DNA of 32,000 nucleotides from Wolbachia endosymbiont of Cimex lectularius (lineage in GTDB: Bacteria; Pseudomonadota; Alphaproteobacteria; Rickettsiales; Anaplasmataceae), in assembly GCF_000829315.1 (NCBI RefSeq), contig NZ_AP013028.1, positions 1,170,001 through 1,202,000 of the forward strand. The letters are read 5' to 3'. Shown here piece by piece: positions 20,297 through 32,000 of the stretch. Made by a program: the position numbers and the translations under genes. How positions within the stretch are numbered: the first letter of the stretch is position 1; each line of letters begins with the position of its first letter. The notes below the pieces were generated by a model, which saw only the letters and a list, made by a program, of their open reading frames with translations, had not been told where the DNA came from and ran no database searches.

Positions 20297-20857
20297 TTAT
20301 GCATTTTCATCAGATTTCTTGGAAATAACAACGATTGCAGGACGAAGCAACCTACTTTTAATAGTATAACCGGTTTGTAAGACTTCCACGATAGTACCAG
20401 TTTCTTTTTCATTATCTTCTCTTTCCACAACGGCTTGGTGTAAATTACTATCAAAAGATTCTCCCATTGGGTCTATTTCTTCTATTCCGTGTTTTTTCAG
20501 ATCATTCATAATTTTTTGATGAGTTACTTTGATTCCTTCATGAACAGGATCGCCATCTTTTAAATTTTCCATCACTCTTTTTAAATTGTCGCACGAGTCG
20601 ATCATATCACGTGCAAATTGTGTAACTGCATAATCACTTGCATCGCTGATTTGCTTTTGCATTATACGTTTGACGTTTTCATTATCTGCAACAGCACGAC
20701 GTAAATGATCTTCAAGTTGAGCTGCACGCTCTTTCAACGCGTTGAGATTTTCTTCAAAATCATTAGTGTGTTTGCTACTACCTTGTTGGTCTTCGCTTTT
20801 TTGCTTATTTACCATATCGGTAAACTTCTTCTTTCTTTCTTTGCTACTATCTGACAT
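20297..20857 (-). CDS. grpE: Nucleotide exchange factor GrpE
   Basis: RRAVADNENVKRIMQKQ, DNLKRVMENL, LHQAVVEREDNEKETGTIVEVLQTGYTIKSRLLRPAIVVISKK. Confidence 0.96.
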   Translation of the reverse strand: MSDSSKERKKKFTDMVNKQKSEDQQGSSKHTNDFEENLNALKERAAQLEDHLRRAVADNENVKRIMQKQISDASDYAVTQFARDMIDSCDNLKRVMENLKDGDPVHEGIKVTHQKIMNDLKKHGIEEIDPMGESFDSNLHQAVVEREDNEKETGTIVEVLQTGYTIKSRLLRPAIVVISKKSDENA

Positions 20858-20918
20858 ATCATTAACCTTAAGAACCTAATAAATATATAGCAACTAATCT
20901 GAAAATATCAAGAACTAG

Positions 20919-21905
20919 CTAAACTTGTCTTTCTATGCTTGTATTCAAAAAGTCAATCAAAGCAGTTTTATAAGGAGAATCAGAAAAAGTGCTAATATCA
21001 TTTAGCGCCATGTTAACATAGTGCCTTGCATTTTTTATAGAAAGCTCGATGGCATTGTGGTGACTAATATAGTGCAGCGCCTGGTCAAAATTGCGCTCAG
21101 CCGAAGAAAAACATTTTTCCCAAAATTTTTGTTCTGCTAGGCTGCCTTTTTCGTATGCTATAATAGCAGGTAAAGTTACTTTGCCTTCAAAAAAGTCTTT
21201 TCCAACTTGCTTTCCAGAAGTGCTTTGATCAGCAGTATAATCGAGCATGTCATCAATTATTTGGAATGCCATGCCAAAATTAAAACCAAAATTCCTTAGC
21301 CTTTCTGTTTCATCACTTGTAGCACCAGATATTACAGATGCAGCTTCACAACACGCAGAAAATAAAGACGCTGTTTTTTCTCCAATGATATCGAAATAAT
21401 TTGTCCGAGTAGTGTGAGGGTTAAAGCATGTCGTCATCTGTTTTATTTCACCTTTTACAAGCAAATGTGACGCTCTAGATAAAATAGAGAGAACATTTAA
21501 ATTTTCACATTCTATAAGCCATCTAAATGCTAGAGTCAATAATAGGTCACCAACTAAAATGCTCGATTTATTTCCCCAGATTTTATTTGCTGTTTTGACT
21601 CCATGGCGTGCTTCACTTTCATCGAGCACGTCATCGTGAAGTAAAGTAGCATTGTGTATAAGTTCTACCGATGCAGCAACTCTCACTCTGTCCTCCCCAG
21701 AGTAGTTCAGCATTTTGCATAAGATGAAGACGAATTTAGGCCTTATTTTTTTTCCACCTGACCCAACAAGATGAGATATAATATCAGCAGCAAGTTTGAT
21801 GTTTTCATCATCAACGTTTCTGAAGATAAAATCTTTCATAGCTGATAAATCAGAAGATATAATATCATCTAATTTACCGTTATTTATTAAATCAGTGTTC
21901 AACAT
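20919..21905 (-). CDS. Polyprenyl diphosphate synthase (IspA/IspB type)
   Basis: GGKKIRP, ELIHNATLLHDDVLDES and FQIIDDMLDYT motifs. Confidence 0.92.
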   Translation of the reverse strand: MLNTDLINNGKLDDIISSDLSAMKDFIFRNVDDENIKLAADIISHLVGSGGKKIRPKFVFILCKMLNYSGEDRVRVAASVELIHNATLLHDDVLDESEARHGVKTANKIWGNKSSILVGDLLLTLAFRWLIECENLNVLSILSRASHLLVKGEIKQMTTCFNPHTTRTNYFDIIGEKTASLFSACCEAASVISGATSDETERLRNFGFNFGMAFQIIDDMLDYTADQSTSGKQVGKDFFEGKVTLPAIIAYEKGSLAEQKFWEKCFSSAERNFDQALHYISHHNAIELSIKNARHYVNMALNDISTFSDSPYKTALIDFLNTSIERQV

Positions 21906-21915
21906 TTAAAGAGAC

Positions 21916-22248
21916 TTATGCCTCTTGTTCTTTCACTTTCTGTGTTGCTACTTTCTTTTCCTCTGTTTTTTTTGCTTCTATCTTCTTCTTTGTTTCTAAA
22001 GCGATCATGCCTTTTTCAATGAACCATAGCACTCTCTTGGTTGGTTGCGCACCCACATTTAACCAATGTTCTAATCTATCAACTTTTACCACAACACGAT
22101 TTTTGTTGTCTTTTGGTAGCATCGGGTCATATTGCCCTATTCTCTCAATAAAACGCCCATCCCTTGGTGCCAGCGAATTAGCTACAACTATCCTGTAAAA
22201 AGGGCGTTTCTTTTTACCAAACCTTGCCAACCTTATTTTAACTGTCAT
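21916..22248 (-). CDS. rpsP: 30S ribosomal protein S16
   Basis: [40 protein letters not shown]. Confidence 0.98.
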   Translation of the reverse strand: MTVKIRLARFGKKKRPFYRIVVANSLAPRDGRFIERIGQYDPMLPKDNKNRVVVKVDRLEHWLNVGAQPTKRVLWFIEKGMIALETKKKIEAKKTEEKKVATQKVKEQEA

Positions 22249-22422
22249 GTTAACCTTTATTCATACGTTATTTACAATTTTATACAATAAGCAGTTTAAG
22301 TCAAATGAATTTTCTTACAATAGACTGCTTGCATAACCTAAATTAAGCAGAAAAAGGTAATTTACTGTCTGCCACTACCTGCAGATCTCATCCGCTAGCA
22401 AGCAGTGGGATGATGGTAGCTA

Positions 22423-22792
22423 TAAATATTTAAGAAATTTACCAAGCAAGAAAAAAAAAGCAAAAGAAGCCCTGGCCATTGTTTATTTTCAGTATTGGCG
22501 TTTTTATGCCTTAAACGCTGCAATTTAGCTGCTTTTAAACGCAACTAGTCTAAGCTATAATATTTAAGAAATTTACCAGGCAGAAGAAAAGGACAATAAA
22601 ACCCCGAGGTAGCTAGTTATTCCACTCTCTATTTTAAAATCCGACGTTGGGTGATGTCTTAAACGACTTATAAGCGCGTTTCAGCTTGTATGGGTAAAAA
22701 CCCGAAGTTTTAAAAAGACATGCAGTGCATAGATTGGGAAGTTAAACAAATAGCTTCAGTTTCATTATAAAGGGGTTGAAAGGATTTGCCAA
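22423..22792 (-). repeat. Dispersed repeat family, copy E (reverse orientation)
   Basis: The reverse complement reads TTGGCA-N17-TATAAT-gaaactgaagctatttg...tgcactgcatgtctttttaaaacttc...cgcttataagtcgtttaagac...ggccagggcttcttttgctttttt. Confidence 0.85.
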
Positions 22793-22832
22793 GTAATTTT
22801 TTTGGCCCGTTTAAATCACAATAGTTGTAAAA

Positions 22833-23204
22833 CTAGCTGCAGATTACAATAAATGCAGTAGCGTAATCCCCGTCATCGCTTAAGGAGAGGTGAATTATGT
22901 GGTCCTTGGAGATAGAATCCTTGCTAATGGCTAGATGCGGCTTTCCTCTTATATCATTGTATATTTCTATGTCTTTTATTGTAATGCCCTGGCTGAATCC
23001 ACTGCCTAGTGCTTTAACAAAAGCCTCCTTTGCTGCAAAGCGTTTAGCAAAATACTTTGCCCGTATTTCTTGACTGTTGTACTTTCTGCTTATCTCTATT
23101 TCCTGCTCAGTGTAGACTTTATTGAGGAATTTTTCCCCATACTTCTGCAGTATTTTCAATATCCTTGGTATATGTACTATGTCAGTGCCGATGCCGCGTA
23201 TCAT
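22833..23204 (-). CDS. acpS: Holo-[acyl-carrier-protein] synthase
   Basis: [32 protein letters not shown]; ATGA overlap with proS. Confidence 0.95.
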   Translation of the reverse strand: MIRGIGTDIVHIPRILKILQKYGEKFLNKVYTEQEIEISRKYNSQEIRAKYFAKRFAAKEAFVKALGSGFSQGITIKDIEIYNDIRGKPHLAISKDSISKDHIIHLSLSDDGDYATAFIVICS

Positions 23205-24478
23205 TCTGCATTGAAGCGGTTTATTGCTTCTTCAATCTGCATTTCCTCAATTTCTCCAGTTGCCCTATTTTTTATTTCAACTATATTTTCACTTGCTGCT
23301 TTCTTTCCAACAATTATTTGCCACGGTAAGCCTATTAGGTCCATTCTAGCAAATTTCACTCCTACGCTTCCCTCTGTATCATTGTAAAGCACTTCATCGT
23401 TTTTTAAAGCTTTGTATATTTTGTCTGCAATCTCCACGCATTTGCTAGTTTTCGTTTGTAAATTGATTAGACCAATCCTAAAGGGAGCTATCGCCTCTGG
23501 CCAGATAATCCCTTTATCATCATGAAAAGCTTCTATTATCGCACCAACAAGCCTTGAAACTCCAATGCCATACGAACCCATATGCACGTTGACATTTTTT
23601 CCATCGTGTGAGGTGACTTTTGCATTCATTGGCTTTGAATATTTATCGCCAAAATAAAAAATGTGCCCTATTTCAATACCTTTACTAACGCTTAACTGTT
23701 CTTGCGGTATAGGGCAAGTTTTGAGGTCGTGCATATCATCTGCAACTGCGTATATACTCTTCAGACTTTCAATATCTTCACTTTCTAATAACTTGGAAAA
23801 TTTATTGTCGTAGTATAAAGTGCTCTCACCAGTGCTTGCCAATATGTGAAATTCATGGCTTAAATTTCCTCCAATTGGCCCTGTGTCTGCTCTTACTCCA
23901 ATTGGGGTGAGTCCCATGCGTTTGAAGATTTTTATGTAAGTTTTGTACATCAAATTGTATGAATTCAGTGCATTTTCATAGTCTATATCGAAACTATACG
24001 CATCCTTCATCAAAAATTCCCTGCCTCTCATAACACCATAACGAGGCCTTACTTCATCACGAAACTTCCACTGAATTTGATATAAACAAAGTGGTAAATC
24101 CTTGTAACTCTTTACTGTACCTCTAATCAAATCAGCTGCTACCTCCTCATGCGTTGGCCCGAAAAGCATATCACTCTCATGCCTATCCTTAATGCGCAGC
24201 ATCTCTTTGCCGTAATCATCATAACGTCCTGATTCTCGCCAAAGGCTTGCTGGTTGCACACAAGGCATTAATACCTCAATTGCACCAGCTTTATTCATTT
24301 CATCTCTGATGATGTCTTCAATATTCCTAAGCACGCGCAGACCGAGCGATAACCAAGAATGAATGCCAGACGCTGTCTGCTTGATTAAGCTCGCACGTAA
24401 CGAATATCGGTGAGAAGCAATTTCAGCACCAGCCGGGATCTCTTTCAAAGTTGGTAGGTAATATTTAGATAGGCGCAT
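23201..24478 (-). CDS. proS: Prolyl-tRNA synthetase (short, alphaproteobacterial type)
   Basis: [60 protein letters not shown] motifs. Confidence 0.97.
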   Translation of the reverse strand: MRLSKYYLPTLKEIPAGAEIASHRYSLRASLIKQTASGIHSWLSLGLRVLRNIEDIIRDEMNKAGAIEVLMPCVQPASLWRESGRYDDYGKEMLRIKDRHESDMLFGPTHEEVAADLIRGTVKSYKDLPLCLYQIQWKFRDEVRPRYGVMRGREFLMKDAYSFDIDYENALNSYNLMYKTYIKIFKRMGLTPIGVRADTGPIGGNLSHEFHILASTGESTLYYDNKFSKLLESEDIESLKSIYAVADDMHDLKTCPIPQEQLSVSKGIEIGHIFYFGDKYSKPMNAKVTSHDGKNVNVHMGSYGIGVSRLVGAIIEAFHDDKGIIWPEAIAPFRIGLINLQTKTSKCVEIADKIYKALKNDEVLYNDTEGSVGVKFARMDLIGLPWQIIVGKKAASENIVEIKNRATGEIEEMQIEEAINRFNAE

Positions 24479-24572
24479 TTAATAGATCTGATTGTACTGA
24501 GTAATTTTAGTACAATCAGATCTATAGGTAAACTTATTTTAAGAAGGGAAGCGCTAAAACATCTCCATTCTA

Positions 24573-25973
24573 TTACCTATAATTTTCAAACAGTTTAGCA
24601 CGCTCCTTGAAAGAAAGAGCAGATGGTTCTTCCAACTTGCTACTCGTTAAGCCTGTACCATTCTCTTTTTCTATAAGAGGACTTTTAGGTCTTGTGTGTA
24701 AATTAGCAGGCTTAAGAGGTAACGATGGCTCCTCTACCTCTGGTGCAGAATGTAGCGGAGATATGGGTTTAAGTTCTACGTTATTACCGGATATATAACC
24801 ACCGTCGGAAGATCCGCTTCTTTCTCTATGGCCTAATTGGGAGCCTGAAGATGCCTGCACGACAGTTCCTTGGCTCGCATTCCGATTTTCATTATCACTA
24901 GATATATGATCATTGTCGGGACTTTCGCTTCTTGTTTTACTACCTGGCTGAGGGTTTGAGGGTGTAGATTTTTTTCTGCGTTTTGTCCGCTTCTTCTGCT
25001 TTGTCTCTTTCCGTTTGCTTTCACCTTCATCTGTAGAGCAACCTGAACTACCGTCAGAATGTTCGCTTTCACTGTCTGGGTTTTTAATTATCTTTTTTCT
25101 CTTTGCAAGAGCCGGAGCTATATCTGCAGGACCAGATTGCCGTTGCCTTTTCCTTTCTGCTTGCTCCCTTTCAATTTTTGCAGCGAGCTCTTCTCTTATC
25201 TTTTGGTTAGCATTGTCCTCATTGCTTTTGGGTGTTGCACTCAACTTTTCTGGGTCTTGCTTACGAGTATCATCTTTTTTACTAGCCTTCCTTTTCTGCA
25301 AAAGATCTTTAAGCTCCTTATTTACATCACTCCAAAGATCTATTTGACTATTAGCCTTATTTTTAGGCCCGCTAGAGCTACCAGTTTTATTTTTTTTTGT
25401 ATTTCTCAACGCTGCGAGCGGATCGATTTGTATCACAGGTGGTGGTGGTGGTGGCGGTGGTGGCGGAGCAGCACTGTGTGGTGATTGGGACGCTGCAGCA
25501 CCAGTTTGTGGGATGGCTGTACCAAGCGTTATTGGAGATTGAGCAGGAGTATGTATACCTGATTCATTTTTTATATTAGTATTACCATCAAATTCCGTCT
25601 GTGTTCCACTATTTTGCTTAACAAGCTTATTGGATTCTTCTCCAGTTGACTTACTTTCCAGGTTAGTACTATTTTCATGCACAAATCCTCCTGCTAGCTC
25701 TTTTGTTGGCTGCTTAGGTTCAATTTGCTGGTCAGGTTCTTCTTTACTAGGGCCTGCTTCTTTCTTATTATCAGCTTTAGAAATGATCAGTTTGACAAGA
25801 TATATCACTGAAACCAGTGCAACAACAGCAGAAACAGTAAAAATTGCCAAAGGAACTGCTGCAATCGTACCAGAAAATGCTGTAATAACATAAGGAAGAT
25901 ATTGACTGGCTATAAAACTTAATACAGACGATGATAAAATAGCTATTAAAGGACCAAGATTGGATGTACGCAT
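24573..25973 (-). CDS. Membrane-anchored, disordered, polyproline protein (candidate effector)
   Basis: Two hydrophobic N-terminal segments, AAPPPPPPPPPPV at 25437..25466, charged low-complexity middle, C-terminus SFKERAKLFENYR. Confidence 0.75.
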   Translation of the reverse strand: MRTSNLGPLIAILSSSVLSFIASQYLPYVITAFSGTIAAVPLAIFTVSAVVALVSVIYLVKLIISKADNKKEAGPSKEEPDQQIEPKQPTKELAGGFVHENSTNLESKSTGEESNKLVKQNSGTQTEFDGNTNIKNESGIHTPAQSPITLGTAIPQTGAAASQSPHSAAPPPPPPPPPPVIQIDPLAALRNTKKNKTGSSSGPKNKANSQIDLWSDVNKELKDLLQKRKASKKDDTRKQDPEKLSATPKSNEDNANQKIREELAAKIEREQAERKRQRQSGPADIAPALAKRKKIIKNPDSESEHSDGSSGCSTDEGESKRKETKQKKRTKRRKKSTPSNPQPGSKTRSESPDNDHISSDNENRNASQGTVVQASSGSQLGHRERSGSSDGGYISGNNVELKPISPLHSAPEVEEPSLPLKPANLHTRPKSPLIEKENGTGLTSSKLEEPSALSFKERAKLFENYR

Positions 25974-26095
25974 TTTTTCACCTCGCTAGCTTATACAATG
26001 TTGATAATAGCTAAATTATCATACCTGTCAATAATTTATGGACAATTATTTTAATTTACTATACGACCAACAATGGTCACATAATATTTATAGAA

Positions 26096-27649
26096 TCATT
26101 TTCTTAGCATATACCGCAATATCTCACTCGCTATAGCAACATCCTGGCGTGGAGTTTTGCCGTGTTCTATGAATACAGAGATTGCGTAGCACGGGCCATG
26201 GCAGGGGCCATAAGCGATAAACAATTTATGGCTTTCACCCCTGGAGTTTATCTCTGGAGTACCGGTTTTGCCGGCAATTTGTATGAACTCAAGCCCTTTT
26301 CTATAGGCTCCAGCTTTAGAATTCACCACATCAAACATAGCTTTTCGAACTATGTCAAGGTGCTCATGATTCACATCGATTTCAGAAAAATCCTGTGCCG
26401 TTTTACTTATCTCAATGTGGGGAACCACCTCTTTCCCTGTTGCAATCCTTGCTGCAAGAACTGCAAGTTGCAGTGGTGTTGTAAGCAAATATCCCTGTCC
26501 TATAACTAAGTTGATAGTGTCACCCAAATACCACTGCGAATATAGCTTCTGCATGCGCCAATCTCTATCAGGCAATAACCCTGGAGCTTCCTCCTTAAAC
26601 GTTCCAATTAGTGGCCCACTTCCGATACCAAATTTTCTGGCCATTTCTACTAGAGAGTCTATACTTATTTTTTTTCCTATATTATAAAAGTAAGTGTTGC
26701 ATGAGAAAGTCATTGCCTCGTTTAAAGATACATATCCATGGGCTTTGCTTTTCAGGCAACGGAATTTCCGCTCTCCTATTGTCATATAGCCCCTACATGA
26801 AAATTTTTCCTCTGGTGTGATTATTCCGTCCTTTAAACCTGCAAGCGCAACTATTACTTTAAATATCGAACCAGGTGGAATTTGATACGATAATGCACGA
26901 TTTACAAGCGGTAATGAAGGAGCATTTAGACTCTCCCAAGTCTCATTCGATAGTCTGCTAGTAAAGAGATTATTATCGTAGGAGGGTGAATTGTATAACG
27001 CTAAAATTTCCCCATTATTTACATCAATGACCACTGCAGAGCCTTTGTGACCCTGAAATACCTCTGCAATTTTCTTCTGCAGATCAATATCAATTGTTAG
27101 CTGCACATCTTGCCCGTCTTGCTGTGGTATGTTCAATAATTCTCTCATAACACGCTTCTTGGAATTTATTTCCTGCTCAGATTTCCCTGGTTCACCTTTT
27201 AATATATGATCATACGTATACTCAATGCCACTTACTCCTACCTCGCTTATTTCCTGCTGTTTTTTCGTATACCCAAGTACATGAGAACACATCGAACCAA
27301 ACGGATAGTAACGTTTATAAAGAGCAGTTATTTTTGTCCCCGAAGGTCTTGCTAAATCAGATTCAATTTCTGATAACACCTGCAAATCAGCTTCTTTACC
27401 AGAAATTTTCTGCTCATTAAACACGATTTTGTTTACCGCGAGTTCGACGCCATTTCTATCTAGAATTCTGCCCCGCCTAGGCACAATATTGGTAATCCGT
27501 ATCCTATTATTGTTAGAAAGCGCTTCGTATTTTTGTCTATTCCGTATTTGTAAATTATATAGCCTATAACTAAAAATTGTAGAAATGGTAAGCTGAATGC
27601 TACCTAATATGAATGCTCTGCGGTTAAAGACTTTGTTTTTTGTCCACAT
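26096..27649 (-). CDS. mrdA: Penicillin-binding protein 2-type peptidoglycan transpeptidase
   Basis: N-terminal TM, RGRILDRNG, PGSIFKV (SxxK), SCNTYFY (SxN), GKTGT (KTG). Confidence 0.92.
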   Translation of the reverse strand: MWTKNKVFNRRAFILGSIQLTISTIFSYRLYNLQIRNRQKYEALSNNNRIRITNIVPRRGRILDRNGVELAVNKIVFNEQKISGKEADLQVLSEIESDLARPSGTKITALYKRYYPFGSMCSHVLGYTKKQQEISEVGVSGIEYTYDHILKGEPGKSEQEINSKKRVMRELLNIPQQDGQDVQLTIDIDLQKKIAEVFQGHKGSAVVIDVNNGEILALYNSPSYDNNLFTSRLSNETWESLNAPSLPLVNRALSYQIPPGSIFKVIVALAGLKDGIITPEEKFSCRGYMTIGERKFRCLKSKAHGYVSLNEAMTFSCNTYFYNIGKKISIDSLVEMARKFGIGSGPLIGTFKEEAPGLLPDRDWRMQKLYSQWYLGDTINLVIGQGYLLTTPLQLAVLAARIATGKEVVPHIEISKTAQDFSEIDVNHEHLDIVRKAMFDVVNSKAGAYRKGLEFIQIAGKTGTPEINSRGESHKLFIAYGPCHGPCYAISVFIEHGKTPRQDVAIASEILRYMLRK

Positions 27650-27828
27650 AGAATCCCTTCAAATATAGCTCTGTGGCTTATTATATGAATATAAGAGACC
27701 GAAAAACTTCTACACATGAATTGCAAAGGCAGTATGTTAAATGTTATAGCAGTTAAATGCAAATAAGTACACTTGTGCAAACATTGTCAGCCGTAAGCTA
27801 AATAATTCACAGAAACAAAAAAACTACT

Positions 27829-27857
27829 TGACAACCTGCGCCAGTCCCCTTACAATA
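27829..27857 (+). promoter_or_regulatory. Sigma70-like promoter at the head of repeat copy C1
   Basis: TTGACA (27829..27834), 17-nt spacer, TACAAT (27852..27857). Confidence 0.65.
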
Positions 27858-28320
27858 GAGTTGTGGGTGTTTTAGACCTAAAATTTATTTTGAATCTTTG
27901 TATTAAGTGACAAAAGCACAGTATAAAACAAGGCGTGTTATGTTTAATTTTTGCAGCATGGATACTGCATGTCTTTATAATTTTTTGCCTACATTAGCTG
28001 GACCTCGCTTATTAAGCGGTGTAAGAGAGAACCGGACGCCAAGTTTTTGAGAGAACAGTAAACAACTCACGTTGCGGGGTTTCGTTTGTCTTTTTTTTTA
28101 ATTAGTTAAAAATTTAACCAATCTCATTTTTTTCACAAAAAAATTGCTTGACAAGTTTCAACGTTTCCCTTATCATGAAATTATGGGTATTTACAACCCT
28201 AAGGTCAGCTACTTGTTAAGCGTATAGAGCATTAACGCCAAGTTATTAAAATAGATATTGACCAGGGCTTCTTTTGCCTTTTTTTCAGCTTTTATGCAAG
28301 AAAATAGTCAGATTATAGCA
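27829..28320 (+). repeat. Dispersed repeat family, copy C, divergent and apparently double-headed
   Basis: C1 head at 27829, second head TTGACA-N17-TATCAT at 28148..28176, 3' block gaccagggcttcttttgcctttttttc as in E/B. Confidence 0.65.
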
Positions 28321-28435
28321 AACTAAGTTTTGATGCAAACGTGGCTTTTCAAAATTTTGCAAAAATCCTTTAATTAGCAGGGTTGACTTATTTTTTTAGT
28401 GTTTATAATGAAGGTTAGGTTATCAGATAGCATAG

Positions 28436-29482
28436 GTGATGCGTAATCTTCTGCAAAAATGTTTAATTCTACTAATTCTTAGTATAAATGTCTGTTATGC
28501 GGAGAATGTTTTACTGCAAGCCCCACAAAAAGTTTCTGAAGAAGACATCAATAGAGTAACAGCTAATCATGACAGTAGTATGTGCTTTGCTCAGACAGAA
28601 CCGGGAAAATGGCATGTGAAATGGTGCTGGAACTCTTGTATAGACTCTGGAAATAGCAAATCAGGGTTTCAACTATCCTTTAATGGTGATGATTTAATTA
28701 AAGAATTGACAAAGCAAGAAAATGTCTCGCTCAGCGATAAAGAAGGACAAAAAAATTACGAATACGGTTGTGTAGTTAGTGACAAAAGGTTAAGTAGCAA
28801 AAGATCAAACAATACCTATCATTTTGCTCAAACTTTGTACGTACGAAATGCAACTCCAAATAGGATATCAGTACCACAAGTTGTTAAACTCATCAACGAC
28901 AAGAATGTAGTTTTCTACACTGGTGCTGGAATATCAGCACTAGTAGTGCCAGATGTATCCGAGCTTAATAAACAATTTGGAGTAGCTTTTTACGACCGCA
29001 ACTTAAAGCAAGATGATGCTATTGCACTTATACATAAAATTCTCAAGGAACCAGAAAAGTTTGCGAAAATTATAGACAATTTCTACAAAGCTTGTCTTTA
29101 TGGCATACCAACTTCAGCTCATTACGCAGTGAAGAATATAGCTTTACTTAAAAATTGGCAGCTACTCACTGAAAATGTGGATTTACTTCACCAACGTTCA
29201 GGGATTGAGGTCTTGGGAAACACGGGTGGTAAAATGAATTTTGATTGGTTGATGAATAATATCAAACCAGAGCACTTAAGGCAAATTGATTTTATTGTTA
29301 CCTGCGGACTCAATAGTGACACAGTTGGGTTTCTCGCTTTGTATAAAAAGCATAATCCTAAAGGAAAGATAATTGCAATGAATCTAGTACAACCAAATTA
29401 CTTAGGAGATGATGATATTTTGGTAGCTGGTGATTTGCAAGAAACTTTGCCTGATTTATTTGAGAACTTATCTCGGCTTTAG
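28436..29482 (+). CDS. Sir2/sirtuin-like protein with N-terminal signal peptide
   Basis: Signal peptide MMRNLLQKCLILLILSINVCYA; NAD-binding VVFYTGAGIS; LLTENVDLLHQRSG catalytic His box; Rossmann-like IDFIVTCGLNSDTV...KIIAMNLVQPNYLGDDDILVAGDLQETLPDL. Confidence 0.8.
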   Translation: MMRNLLQKCLILLILSINVCYAENVLLQAPQKVSEEDINRVTANHDSSMCFAQTEPGKWHVKWCWNSCIDSGNSKSGFQLSFNGDDLIKELTKQENVSLSDKEGQKNYEYGCVVSDKRLSSKRSNNTYHFAQTLYVRNATPNRISVPQVVKLINDKNVVFYTGAGISALVVPDVSELNKQFGVAFYDRNLKQDDAIALIHKILKEPEKFAKIIDNFYKACLYGIPTSAHYAVKNIALLKNWQLLTENVDLLHQRSGIEVLGNTGGKMNFDWLMNNIKPEHLRQIDFIVTCGLNSDTVGFLALYKKHNPKGKIIAMNLVQPNYLGDDDILVAGDLQETLPDLFENLSRL

Positions 29483-29589
29483 TTGCGTGAGAGCAAAAAC
29501 TTTGCAGAGTTCAAATTGAGAATAACTTATTGTTGATAGCTTTAATTTATTAATATATAATGTATATATACTAGTAAATGGAGCTCAAA

Positions 29590-30087
29590 ATGTACGACAT
29601 ATTTGGTTACTTTCCAAAAAATAACACTTGCAACACACAATCAGATAGAGAAAGTTATCAATACACAAAAAGAGATTACGTAACAATTTACTTCAACAAT
29701 ACATTAGCCAGTCTAGGCAGATCATGGGAAAGTTTTAAAATGGATGCATGTTTAACTATGTATGAAATTGGAACTTGGCTGGAAGAAAAATACAAAAGCT
29801 TTACTGAACGAGTTAAAAAGTACGATTCCCACACCCCAACAGAAAAACCTCCAATTATTGAAGAAATAGAAATGAAGGAACTTAACTGTGCATTTAAAAC
29901 ATTCCGAACTCCGCCTATTCATCCAGCAAGCAGCAATCCTGGCGCCAATGACCTAAAGCAAGTTGTTGTTACTCGACACGCACCTCAAGTTACTCAACAA
30001 AATAGATTAGGTCCTTTAATGCACGATCGTATCTATTATGCAGTTGTATGTTGCTACTTGGATAACATCTTTTCGTGCTTGGAATAG
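29590..30087 (+). CDS. Hypothetical protein (ORF opens at 29578)
   Basis: Long open frame with candidate ATG; no family recognised. Confidence 0.5.
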   Translation: MYDIFGYFPKNNTCNTQSDRESYQYTKRDYVTIYFNNTLASLGRSWESFKMDACLTMYEIGTWLEEKYKSFTERVKKYDSHTPTEKPPIIEEIEMKELNCAFKTFRTPPIHPASSNPGANDLKQVVVTRHAPQVTQQNRLGPLMHDRIYYAVVCCYLDNIFSCLE

Positions 30088-30129
30088 AGTTTGCTATAAA
30101 ATGAACTACATTAAAGACAGTCATCATAA

Positions 30130-32000
<1,871 letters not shown>

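Noticed and set aside
20005-20454. 149-aa minus-strand ORF overlapping the end of grpE
   Set aside because: It overlaps a certain gene (grpE) in a different frame and otherwise covers palindromic repeat sequence; no protein-like motif.
25437-25466. GGT/GGC microsatellite-like tract
   Set aside because: Encodes the in-frame proline run; codon mixture (cca/ccg/cct) argues against a simple expanding triplet repeat.
24573-25973. WH2/VCA-type actin nucleator assignment for the polyproline protein
   Set aside because: Only the polyproline run and charged blocks are visible; no convincing WH2 or Arp2/3-binding sequence.
6841-29482. Possible defence or toxin system composed of OTU, RAMA, KAP NTPase and Sir2 genes
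   Set aside because: These genes are kilobases apart, on different strands, separated by housekeeping genes; the KAP gene is frameshifted and the Sir2 protein appears exported. No operon-like linkage supports a joint system.

Overview
This window is an alphaproteobacterial chromosome segment that looks like Wolbachia (AT-rich, ankyrin/OTU/polyproline proteins, degraded IS elements, dispersed palindromic repeats). The species call is inference; no database was searched. The backbone is housekeeping genes: topA, a SurA/PpiD-like chaperone, dusB, serS, purD, guaA, recR, trpS, grpE, a polyprenyl synthetase, rpsP, acpS, proS, a PBP2-type gene, mreB, and a partial M32 carboxypeptidase-like gene. 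Between them sit candidate host-interaction or decayed genes. The most interesting observations are: (1) a dispersed repeat family of up to ~400 bp, in at least 5 copies, each beginning with a consensus-like sigma70 promoter with an exact 17-nt spacer, followed by a shared body with small hairpins, i.e. a candidate multicopy ncRNA or mobile promoter; (2) a Sir2/sirtuin-like protein with an N-terminal signal peptide and no evident zinc-ribbon cysteines; (3) three otherwise unrelated, disordered proteins that end in a similar short motif (hK-x(4-5)-FE), one also carrying an SH3-ligand-like PPVPPK and another a run of 10 prolines; (4) a serine-rich gene broken by two in-frame TAA codons; (5) a KAP-type P-loop NTPase split just after its Walker A motif by a one-base homopolymer change; (6) an IS5-like element with 18-bp inverted repeats interrupting a Lys/Pro-rich gene, with a second copy inserted into the promoter of one repeat copy at the window edge; (7) an M32 carboxypeptidase homolog whose HExxH reads RCSGH. 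I found no CRISPR array, tRNA or rRNA.
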